IMG/VR virus record: IMGVR_UViG_3300001242_000018
Location: 117,037-137,036 of that record
DNA from: an uncultured virus (IMG/VR IMGVR_UViG_3300001242_000018)
Taxonomy: Duplodnaviria > Heunggongvirae > Uroviricota > Caudoviricetes
Length of the DNA stretch: 20,000 nt
Reading direction: 5' to 3' (one strand)
The first letter of the stretch is position 1. Every line of letters begins with the position of its first letter. Below the pieces are notes generated by a model, which was not told the DNA's origin, made no database searches, and saw only the letters and a list, made by a program, of their open reading frames with translations. Position numbers and translations under genes: made by a program. Positions 7,506-15,738 of this stretch are shown here, piece by piece.

Positions 7506-8231
7506 TTACAACTTGGAGTACGCCAACAGTAGATCGTTATAAACATCTATATTGACTGTGGTAAAATCAGCACCGGTCTTACGGAGTACATACGCCGGAT
7601 GATATATTGGCATAACATTGTACTCTATATTATTCTGCCAATAAGAGCATAAAAGGCCGCGAATTTGTGTAATCTTAAGGTTCTTGCCAGGAAGGAGCGC
7701 ATTTAAAGCTACACCACCTACAGCTACAATAATCTTAGGATTAACCATTCTGATTTCTTCTTCCAGATACCTTTTTATACATGTAGTACACTCGTCTGTA
7801 GAGGGTGTTCGGTTATTAAGTGGACGACACTTTAATACATTTGTAATATAGACCTGCTCTCGTCTTAATGGCATTTTTTCAAGCCACATGGTTAAGGCAG
7901 CTCCAGCAATACCTGTAAATGGTAAGTTAAACATATCTTCATGCTCTCCCGGGCCCTCTCCGATAAACATGATAGGCGAACTAGGATTGCCGTATCCGTA
8001 TACCATACCAGTACCATATTCTTTAGAGATGTGACAATAATCGCATCTTTGTTTAAGAGCAGCGTGTCCACTTATTAAAGAGTGTTTCATTAAGGCTCCT
8101 ACCTTATGGACACCTATAGATACCGAAGCCTGACTGTAACCATTCTTAAGTAGTCTTTGACTAAAGTTATCTGTAAGATTCTTTATCAAGTCGATATTCA
8201 CTACTGATTGGTCGCTTGCTGTATTGACCAT
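7506..8231 (-). CDS. uracil-DNA glycosylase family 4 (4Fe-4S)
   Basis: CDYC, IGEGPG, PFTG, TNVLKCRP..NRTP, HPAY; GAGGAGG RBS. Confidence 0.92.
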   Translation of the reverse strand: MVNTASDQSVVNIDLIKNLTDNFSQRLLKNGYSQASVSIGVHKVGALMKHSLISGHAALKQRCDYCHISKEYGTGMVYGYGNPSSPIMFIGEGPGEHEDMFNLPFTGIAGAALTMWLEKMPLRREQVYITNVLKCRPLNNRTPSTDECTTCIKRYLEEEIRMVNPKIIVAVGGVALNALLPGKNLKITQIRGLLCSYWQNNIEYNVMPIYHPAYVLRKTGADFTTVNIDVYNDLLLAYSKL

Positions 8232-9163
8232 TCTTTTAGTCCTCCTCTTAAGTTAATGTTTCTACACTGCTTACAGTCACTCCAGGTAGCTCGATTACCG
8301 ATCTTCTTTTCAAATACTTCCGCAAATCTCTTATATCTTTCTAAATAATCTGCAAAATCACGTACCTCATTTATATTTGCGACAACCCCGCCACCGCCAT
8401 AACAACAGGGGCCAATATCGCCATTCCAATGAACTGTGAAAATTAGTTCATTTTGTTCAATATCTTGGACACCTCGTGATATAGAGCAAGTAGCATTTTC
8501 ACTAAAATCGCTATTAAATACTCCGGTTTTTGCCGCACGTCCAATAGGTAAAGCGACATTATGTGGCTTAAGTAATCGATTTAGATGGCTAATACCCTCA
8601 CCATGTAATTCTGAATCTATAAAAATACCGTAAGGATTATCTTCAAACCAGTATAGTACCTCTTCAAATCCGAATTTCTCAACCAGTTTCTCGTCTTCAT
8701 ATGGGTAATTTAAGAGTTCAGCAAGGTTTCGTAACAGAGTTTCCATATGTTTTGACCTGTACTTTTGATGCCAGATTGTATTACTAATTCGCATACTAAA
8801 TAGTTCCTGATAAGTTTCCATGAGTTTAACAACAAGTTCGAGTCTATCTTTCTTTAATACAAAAGAACCATTTGTACTAATAAAGATCATGGTATTATAA
8901 TCTTTTACCCTTCTACAGAGAATCTCGATTGCACGGTCTAGTACTTTGGGTACTAAGAAAGGTTCTCCACCAAAGAAGTTATAGTCTAATATAGGCGCGT
9001 CGTATACACTTATAGCTTCAGAGACAAGACGATTAATATTCCATATTGTTTCATCTGTCATAACACCTTTACAATTAGGTGAGCAATTGTAAAAACAATG
9101 ATCGCACTTAAAGTTGCAATTAATATTTGTCTGTACATTAACAGACATAGAATTTATATCCAT
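8201..9163 (-). CDS. radical SAM protein with C-terminal SPASM/twitch-like Cys motifs
   Basis: CNFKCDHC, GGEP, STNG, GRA, C...GDIGPCC...CKQC. Confidence 0.9.
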   Translation of the reverse strand: MDINSMSVNVQTNINCNFKCDHCFYNCSPNCKGVMTDETIWNINRLVSEAISVYDAPILDYNFFGGEPFLVPKVLDRAIEILCRRVKDYNTMIFISTNGSFVLKKDRLELVVKLMETYQELFSMRISNTIWHQKYRSKHMETLLRNLAELLNYPYEDEKLVEKFGFEEVLYWFEDNPYGIFIDSELHGEGISHLNRLLKPHNVALPIGRAAKTGVFNSDFSENATCSISRGVQDIEQNELIFTVHWNGDIGPCCYGGGGVVANINEVRDFADYLERYKRFAEVFEKKIGNRATWSDCKQCRNINLRGGLKEWSIQQATNQ

Positions 9164-9216
9164 ATCACCCTTTCCGCCTCGTATAAGGCTATCCCCGGCA
9201 CAAGACCGGGGAATGT

Positions 9217-9516
9217 TTATTTAATATATCCTTTAGATATGAGTTTTTTGATATGAGTATCACGAGCTTCTTCTATATTGATGCCGTACTGATCTTCTAG
9301 TACAAACATCATAGATATAGCTGTTTGAGCTACATCAAAAAGCTCTTTTGCCGCAGACTGCAACCATTCCTTATTAGGCGTCTCGCCACTCATGCCTCGA
9401 AGTTTGCCTATAGCTTGAGCAAGCTCTCCCGACTCCTCCATTAATTTAAGGGTAGTTGATTCTAATGTAGGAGTTAGGTTATTGAGCTTCGGTAAACTGA
9501 TAGTCTTTAGATGCAT
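9217..9516 (-). CDS. MazG-like all-alpha NTP pyrophosphohydrolase
   Basis: KLMEESGELAQA...KELFDVAQ (EExxE...ExxD). Confidence 0.85.
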   Translation of the reverse strand: MHLKTISLPKLNNLTPTLESTTLKLMEESGELAQAIGKLRGMSGETPNKEWLQSAAKELFDVAQTAISMMFVLEDQYGINIEEARDTHIKKLISKGYIK

Positions 9517-9668
9517 TAATCAGTAATCTTTATTACCGGTTGACCGTCTTTACCTATGGTTACATCAAGCTTACCCATATCATTATTGCCAATAATAATT
9601 TGCTCTTTCTTACATTTACAGTCTGAGTCTTTACACTTACCACCACAAGTACATTCTTTGTCAGCCAT
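9516..9668 (-). CDS. 50-aa Cys-rich microprotein (not in ORF track)
   Basis: AGGAGGG RBS; MADKECTCGGKCKDSDCKCKKEQIIIGNNDMGKLDVTIGKDGQPVIKITD; TAATG coupling to the MazG-like gene. Confidence 0.8.
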   Translation of the reverse strand: MADKECTCGGKCKDSDCKCKKEQIIIGNNDMGKLDVTIGKDGQPVIKITD

Positions 9669-9725
9669 GGAAAGTTTCCCTCCTATTCATAATTCTTTGC
9701 AAATATATATAGAAATTTTACCTTA

Positions 9726-10400
9726 TTAGGGCCCCACCGGTGCTATTACAGGTATCTTTTCTTTAACTACGCTACTGCCATTATAGATATTTACATCAAA
9801 ACATTTACTCGCTTGGTCGGCCAAGTATTGCTGATGTGTAACACCGTTTATCTGTATGTCAAATTCCTTACTAATAAACTGGATGAATTGACCTAACTTA
9901 ATAGCGAAGTTCTGACTAACCATCTTAGCGGGCTCATCAAGAATCATACAGCCATTTTGGGCCGGTTCCTTACAGAGTTTCTTGACAGCTACTTGTAGAG
10001 CAAATGCTACGATATCAACTACGCCGCCACCCATACTCTTTTCAGGCGAACTTTTGATAATCTTATTACCCAGCTCATGCTCAACGTAGAAGTGTATCTC
10101 AGGTTTACCCCGAGATTCTTTATGTTCAATGATTAATCTAAAATCCGGCCCAAAGGTGTGTTGTAATGCACTTGTTACGACAAGGGCTAGATTATCAGAA
10201 TACACTTTACGAGCTTCATCGGTAGTATCCTGGAGTACCAGACCTATAGCTTCAAAGTCTGCAATGGAGACCTTATCTTCAAGAACGGATTTATCCAGAG
10301 ATACAATCTGTTCTTCAATGCCTTTCTTTTCACCTAGACGGCTGTTGTAACTTGCTTTTAATTGTTCAAGCTGCTCTTTTAAATCTATAGTAGATATCAT
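9726..10400 (-). CDS. Rad50/SbcC C-terminal half (coiled coil + ABC signature, Walker B, H-switch)
   Basis: N-terminal heptads, SMGGGVVD signature, MILDEP, VTHQ; no Walker A. Confidence 0.85.
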   Translation of the reverse strand: MISTIDLKEQLEQLKASYNSRLGEKKGIEEQIVSLDKSVLEDKVSIADFEAIGLVLQDTTDEARKVYSDNLALVVTSALQHTFGPDFRLIIEHKESRGKPEIHFYVEHELGNKIIKSSPEKSMGGGVVDIVAFALQVAVKKLCKEPAQNGCMILDEPAKMVSQNFAIKLGQFIQFISKEFDIQINGVTHQQYLADQASKCFDVNIYNGSSVVKEKIPVIAPVGP

Positions 10401-10423
10401 GAGCGTATGTCTCCTTTAACACT

Positions 10424-11008
10424 CTAGAATGGAAAATCCATTACAGAGTTTTTAGGTTGCAAGGTTGAATCACCTTCAGTAGGAGGAGTTAGATTCGGGA
10501 GTGGCCAACTCGATACACCTGCAACGGATTCCGGTAAAGGTGAGTTCTCCTGAGACCCTCCTTGTGTAAGAAAACTATCAAAGGTTGGGTGTTGTTGCTC
10601 TGGCAACATATACTCTTCTCCCGTTATAGGAATATTGGGTAAAGACTGTCCACTTTCACAAAACTCTTGCATTACCGGTGGTACATGTTCTTGCATTACC
10701 AGTTGTTGAGCTACTTGCTGCACAGGTTGTTCTACCGGTGTTTGTACGGGTTCCGGTGTATTAAACACTGGAGGCTCTATCTGCTTACCAGTCAGTACGT
10801 CAGATACATATTGCTTCAGCTGATCTCGTTTCTGAATACGTTCATCTCTCTCGGCCTGTAGGTTTTGATAGTTATAACCCTTAGCCGATACTCTATTGAT
10901 CAGTTCCTGATACTGGTTCTGCAGATTGTTCAGGTTCTCCGTCAATCTCACTTCTTGGAGCTGAATTTCCTGTACCTGCGCTTTTAGCTGTTTCAATGAT
11001 TCGCTCAT
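10424..11008 (-). CDS. coiled-coil protein with disordered P/Q/E tail ending DFPF
   Basis: GGGAGGAG RBS; about 70 aa of heptads then a low-complexity tail. Confidence 0.8.
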   Translation of the reverse strand: MSESLKQLKAQVQEIQLQEVRLTENLNNLQNQYQELINRVSAKGYNYQNLQAERDERIQKRDQLKQYVSDVLTGKQIEPPVFNTPEPVQTPVEQPVQQVAQQLVMQEHVPPVMQEFCESGQSLPNIPITGEEYMLPEQQHPTFDSFLTQGGSQENSPLPESVAGVSSWPLPNLTPPTEGDSTLQPKNSVMDFPF

Positions 11009-11627
11009 GTAGTAACTCCTCCCTTTTCTTTCTTACCAAGTTCATGATAAGTGCTGATACTTTTTCACGAGTCTCTGTAGTTTCGATAGGATTGTCACCA
11101 ACCTCATCCCTAATGGTTGTCAGAATATCTTCATGAATATTCTGTACTTCACTAGGTAATACCAGAGAGTTTGTTTCAATCCATTCTTGAATAAACAAAA
11201 GCATAATCTGCCTGGTTTCTTCGGTGTCTGGATACTCATAGAACACAAGATTCATTAAGTCTGCAAGATTCTTTAGTTTATCTTGCAAGTGTACTGGGAA
11301 CTTGGTTTTAATAAGTTCAAACTTATCTTGACCATCCCACTTAATGAAGCCAGGATCTTTATATTTCGTTATCCAACGGCACACCTCGCGCTCTATTTCT
11401 CGTTTTACCTGCCTAGTAAGACGAGAATCACGGTACCTCATTCGTAAATTACCAGCCAGCTGAGCGGCGTAACGGCGCAGATTAAATGGTAAACTCTCTG
11501 CATCAATTTCAATGGTTACACCATTACCATCCTCGGTAGGTATAAAACGAACGTGTCGCTGTATCTGTCTAGGTTTAACCTGAGGAGCTATTTGTTTAAC
11601 TGCACCCGGCCTAGTTTTATTATCCAT
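10893..11627 (-). CDS. hypothetical protein inside the split sbcCD locus
   Basis: 244-aa ORF abutting the upstream stop; overlaps the next gene by 116 nt. Confidence 0.75.
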   Translation of the reverse strand: MDNKTRPGAVKQIAPQVKPRQIQRHVRFIPTEDGNGVTIEIDAESLPFNLRRYAAQLAGNLRMRYRDSRLTRQVKREIEREVCRWITKYKDPGFIKWDGQDKFELIKTKFPVHLQDKLKNLADLMNLVFYEYPDTEETRQIMLLFIQEWIETNSLVLPSEVQNIHEDILTTIRDEVGDNPIETTETREKVSALIMNLVRKKREELLHERIIETAKSAGTGNSAPRSEIDGEPEQSAEPVSGTDQ

Positions 11628-14090
11628 TTATCTTACCCCCGTTACATTATCAAGTATTAGTGCTATCCGGGCATCGTCTAGGATACTAAAACACTCACCA
11701 CATACCTTAGCTTCTCTTAGGGAAGCTGTATAAGTATCTCTTATTCTTTTAGATGCTGTTATAGTATCTGAGAGATTACTTTTGGTAGTGTTAATATGAG
11801 TGTAGATGGTAGATATATCTCTTTGAAATATATCAATCTCTTCGATCTGTGGATTCAGCTGCTCGGCCAGAGATAGATAGTCAGAGAGTCCATTAGTATT
11901 TGGTATGTTATTAAGACTTTGTTGTACCCGAACCATCTCTGATTGTAGATGCTCTGACTGTGATATAAAATCAGTAAGCTCTTTTATATCATCCTCAAGA
12001 GGTAATCCTTGGTCTATAAGATCGAGTAACCCTGTTATATTAGGCAAGGAAGCTTGTGTTTCTTGATATCCCTGGATATATTTATTCAGGGTGAGACTTT
12101 TGTCAAGAGCTTCGTTAAGCCATGCAACTTCTACATCTATATCACTAGCGTTATCCAGTAGAACTAAGAGTTTAGCTGCATCGATAGCTTTAATACGTTT
12201 TAATTCAGCGTCACTTGTAGCTATATTGGTATTCATTGCTGTAAAGTCTTTTATTGCTTGGTCTATATCTTGGACTGTATTTGTAAGTTCTTCGATAACA
12301 TCGATACCGACGGTAGCCGAAGCGATCTTTGTTTCCATATCAGATAGATCGGTAAACGTACCAAGTTTATTTATAAAATCACTTACTATCTTTTCTTTTT
12401 CCTTGATACCTTTTTGTATACCGGCAATACCTTTACTATTTTCTCTGATAGCTACGTCGAATGCATCAAGTCCGGCTAATGTACCAATTATAGCTGCCCG
12501 GATAGATGGACTTTCAGACAATAAGAATGGAGCGTCAAGTTGCTCGGAAACTGAAAGGTTTATACGCTTATCTTTAGCTAAGATAACGTCCGGCATTTGG
12601 TGTACGTTAAGTACTTCAATTGGGATTTGATGCCCCCACTTAGTAAAGTCATATACTTGCTTGCCATCAAAAACCTTTAAGGTACCGGCAGCCGACCTAG
12701 TTCTCTCACGTTCAATCCAGGTACCATCATCATAGTAGATTTTACCACGGGTTTTAGATTCACCAAGTTTTATAAAGTCAGCACCTTTAGGATCGTCAAA
12801 GCATACCCAGCGAACTAACCTTATAATAACGGATTTGCCATTATTACTTGGCCCGACAAACATATTCGTTTCAGGGTTAAGATCGATTACCGTATTACTG
12901 TGACTCATGAAATTCTCGATCTCGATACGAGTAATACGCTTGGTATAACCACAATCTACATATCCCTGTAACTTTTGTGTTACCTGAGCATGTAATGCGT
13001 CGGCATCACTTAGCATCTTAAGACACTTAGTTAAACAACCTGCCTTACTAGCCTTTTCATTTAAGATCTTCATAACATCATACGGCTTAATATTAGCAGT
13101 ATTAGCTAAACTTTGTCTAAAATTACTTAGAAAATTACTCTTAGCTTTCTTTTGTACATTGGTGTTAAAATCGAATACATCTATACCGGGTTGAGCTGAT
13201 TTAAACTCTACGAAGTTTTCTTTCCAGCCATTCTTATCAAACTCCAGGATAGTCATACCTGGTATTCTGGTTTGTACATCTACACTGGCAGAGTTTCTAC
13301 CCATACTACCGTTGTTAATGATAAACGGATTGTTCTTACTTTGCATTGTCTTAAAACCAGGATGATAATGTCCTGCACATATGATTGCAGGATATGGAGT
13401 ATTACTTGCAGGAATATCGTCTGCTAATACATAATCCATATTCGGTGGCCCTGGTTTATCCAGAATGTTACCATGTACAAAGAGAACGTGGTACTGTGCT
13501 GAGAGATCTATATCTACGATATACTTATCCGGATTCTTATCTACATCAGGTGTAAACTCCTGTCCCTGAATTGATACTACCAGTCCATCATTAGTTTTAC
13601 AGGTTGTAGGAGTGGCTCTGGTTAATAGATTAAACACTCCGGCTTTTGCTAATAAACCAAGTGTTGTTTTATTGATATTTTGCATACTGTAACCAAAGAT
13701 ATCGTGATTACCTGGTACAACCACCATAGGACAGAGATACTCTTTCATAATTCCTGCAAATAAGCCGGAGATCTCATTATCAATACGAGGGCCGTCAAAC
13801 ATATCACCTGTATGTACAAGTAAATCAATTTGATAGGTCTGAATAAGTTCTCCAACTTCCATGTACTTCTTTAGAAGGGCTACAATGTAATCATCCTTCC
13901 GAGATTTAGGGTTAGTTTCTCGGATGTGAGTATCATTGATAACTCCAATCTTCAAATTAGTACGTCCCTGAATATTAGGACACCCTTCTATACCAGCTTC
14001 GATTAATTCTTTTTCAAATTGCTCATCACTTACGCTAGGTAAATGTTCGGTTAAATCTTTTGTTATTTCTTTTAAATCCACACATTTCAC
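11628..14090 (-). CDS. Mre11/SbcD nuclease fused to the Rad50/SbcC N-terminal ATPase half, ending at a zinc-hook CxxC
   Basis: NDTH, TGD, GNHD, HG, GHYH phosphoesterase motifs; IENFMSH, Walker A GPSNNGKS, Q-loop, coiled coil, CGEC near the C-terminus; start may be GTG 14081 or TTG 13955. Confidence 0.9.
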   Translation of the reverse strand: MKCVDLKEITKDLTEHLPSVSDEQFEKELIEAGIEGCPNIQGRTNLKIGVINDTHIRETNPKSRKDDYIVALLKKYMEVGELIQTYQIDLLVHTGDMFDGPRIDNEISGLFAGIMKEYLCPMVVVPGNHDIFGYSMQNINKTTLGLLAKAGVFNLLTRATPTTCKTNDGLVVSIQGQEFTPDVDKNPDKYIVDIDLSAQYHVLFVHGNILDKPGPPNMDYVLADDIPASNTPYPAIICAGHYHPGFKTMQSKNNPFIINNGSMGRNSASVDVQTRIPGMTILEFDKNGWKENFVEFKSAQPGIDVFDFNTNVQKKAKSNFLSNFRQSLANTANIKPYDVMKILNEKASKAGCLTKCLKMLSDADALHAQVTQKLQGYVDCGYTKRITRIEIENFMSHSNTVIDLNPETNMFVGPSNNGKSVIIRLVRWVCFDDPKGADFIKLGESKTRGKIYYDDGTWIERERTRSAAGTLKVFDGKQVYDFTKWGHQIPIEVLNVHQMPDVILAKDKRINLSVSEQLDAPFLLSESPSIRAAIIGTLAGLDAFDVAIRENSKGIAGIQKGIKEKEKIVSDFINKLGTFTDLSDMETKIASATVGIDVIEELTNTVQDIDQAIKDFTAMNTNIATSDAELKRIKAIDAAKLLVLLDNASDIDVEVAWLNEALDKSLTLNKYIQGYQETQASLPNITGLLDLIDQGLPLEDDIKELTDFISQSEHLQSEMVRVQQSLNNIPNTNGLSDYLSLAEQLNPQIEEIDIFQRDISTIYTHINTTKSNLSDTITASKRIRDTYTASLREAKVCGECFSILDDARIALILDNVTGVR

Positions 14091-14094
14091 CGCC

Positions 14095-14454
14095 TTAGTA
14101 GTAACGATCTTCTTCTGTAAATAAACCCGGGTTAGGAAACTTTGCTAATTTACCAAAGGTATCATGCAAGCTATATTTACTTGCAGTTTCGGATATTTCG
14201 ATTACATATACATCTGGATAGAACCGTTGGGCATCTCGGATATCTTTACAGTATTCGTCTAGAAAAGCTAAATAAGCGGCATTAGAATCGATAGCATCAT
14301 AAGTACCCATCACGGAGAATAATTCTCCAGGTACTAATTTATCAACAGCTCTTTCATATGGTCTCGCTGTGACTATAAACTTCTTTAACTTTGGTTCTGG
14401 TTTATATCCACCGCAGCTTGGCAATTTGCTATCAAGATATTTGTAGTAACTCAC
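14095..14454 (-). CDS. hypothetical protein
   Basis: GTG 14454 after GGAGGAG RBS (track start 14481). Confidence 0.7.
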   Translation of the reverse strand: MSYYKYLDSKLPSCGGYKPEPKLKKFIVTARPYERAVDKLVPGELFSVMGTYDAIDSNAAYLAFLDEYCKDIRDAQRFYPDVYVIEISETASKYSLHDTFGKLAKFPNPGLFTEEDRYY

Positions 14455-14458
14455 ATGC

Positions 14459-14962
14459 TTACTCCTCCCTATATGCTTCAAGTGTTCTTATACCAAACTT
14501 AATAGCTTTTCCACGACTAGCAAAACAAATATCTATTTTGTTACGTTTAATAGCACCACCAGTATCTTCAACGATAAACCGTCCTTTATTCGGGTAGTTA
14601 GATAATGCAGGGATAACTATAATAGTACCCGGTAACAAGAAACTTGGATGCGCTGCTATTGTAGTCAATCCAGTAACCGGGTCAGGTTTTTCGATGGGCT
14701 TTACTTTTGTACCATTCTTAGTTATACCACGACCATCCATACCAGGATCGTTTTTAGTATAAGCCGTAGCTACAACCTTAAATGTTTTTCTAATCTCCGT
14801 TTTAACTTCCGTAACCTTTACATCCTGTATAGGTTTCGATACAGGTATTAATTTCGGAGCCGATATCGAAACCGTATGTTTAATAGGCTGTTCGTAAAGG
14901 TAGCTTGGGAAAGTAATCAGAGAAAATAGTACAAAAGCTAAAAGCCACATACGATATATCAA
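14459..14962 (-). CDS. secreted or membrane-anchored 3D-domain (MltA-like) cell-wall protein
   Basis: hydrophobic N-terminus; ATAYT, GITKNG, EDTGGAIK..KIDI. Confidence 0.88.
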   Translation of the reverse strand: MIYRMWLLAFVLFSLITFPSYLYEQPIKHTVSISAPKLIPVSKPIQDVKVTEVKTEIRKTFKVVATAYTKNDPGMDGRGITKNGTKVKPIEKPDPVTGLTTIAAHPSFLLPGTIIVIPALSNYPNKGRFIVEDTGGAIKRNKIDICFASRGKAIKFGIRTLEAYREE

Positions 14963-15642
14963 GCAGGTTCCTGTATTGCAGGAATTGACGGTTCAAGTGG
15001 CGCTGTTTGATTAATCATTGGCGATACAGGTGTAGTTTCCTGAGTTGGTACCGGCGTTTGTGCAGACGCATTAGGCAACCGTTCTATATGACTAATAATA
15101 TCCCAGCCATCCTCTTCAGTCAGCTTAGAGGCATCATTCTTATGACAAAGACTTATGCTAAGTGCTCGTACTTGCTCGCCAGAGAGACCTTTCTTAGTCA
15201 TAATTTCTGACATATACTGTTTTTGCAGTACCGTGAGTGGCTTTTGCTCCCAAGGGGATAGTAACTCTTCAAAGCATACCATATCGATACCAAGGAAATC
15301 TCTCAATACCCGGGCTTTAGCACGAGTACTTGCCATTCTGATAAAGTGCGGTGCTACCATGTTGTTACAGTTAGCAGGCGTTGCATCACCGATATCAGAC
15401 CACTCGTTACCATCGGTATCAATCAAACATGATTCTGCTACAGCAGTAAAATTATTAGATTGATCGGGATAATAAACTATCTTAGTTTTAAGACCTTTCA
15501 TACCTTTGGCATGACCAAGCTGTACCAGTCCTTTAAACAAGATGTGATCTTTTCCTTTAAGACTGATAATATACTTCTTTTTGAAATCGGCGGAAAGGTT
15601 ACGTCCTTCATACGTTCTTTGTGATGTCATTTGTTCTATCAA
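14959..15642 (-). CDS. putative Rad52-fold ssDNA-annealing protein
   Basis: IGDA...RMASTRAKARVLRD pattern, small helical C-domain, P/Q tail; recombination context; AAGGAGG RBS. Confidence 0.5.
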   Translation of the reverse strand: MIEQMTSQRTYEGRNLSADFKKKYIISLKGKDHILFKGLVQLGHAKGMKGLKTKIVYYPDQSNNFTAVAESCLIDTDGNEWSDIGDATPANCNNMVAPHFIRMASTRAKARVLRDFLGIDMVCFEELLSPWEQKPLTVLQKQYMSEIMTKKGLSGEQVRALSISLCHKNDASKLTEEDGWDIISHIERLPNASAQTPVPTQETTPVSPMINQTAPLEPSIPAIQEPA

Positions 15643-15695
15643 CTTGTTCCCTCCTTATTACATAGTCTACCCAACATGTAATACTATTATACCAT

Positions 15696-15738
15696 ATTGC
15701 AACACAGGATGCTAGTCCCAAGCATCCTGTGTTGCAAT
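15696..15738. repeat. perfect 18-bp inverted repeat, 7-nt loop
   Basis: ATTGCAACACAGGATGCT (15696-15713) / AGCATCCTGTGTTGCAAT (15721-15738). Confidence 0.95.

Noticed and set aside
12091..12630. 179-aa plus-strand ORF
   Set aside because: Antisense shadow of the coiled-coil region of the nuclease-ATPase gene; Ser/Ile-rich, no recognisable motifs
9726..14090. Wadjet/Lamassu/Gabija-type defence system
   Set aside because: Nuclease is an Mre11-type phosphoesterase with a Rad50-type hook; no kleisin/KITE, TOPRIM or effector genes recognisable, and the context is a replication operon
14832..14873. 10-bp inverted repeat GGTTTCGATA/TATCGAAACC
   Set aside because: Inside a CDS with a 22-nt spacer; compatible with chance
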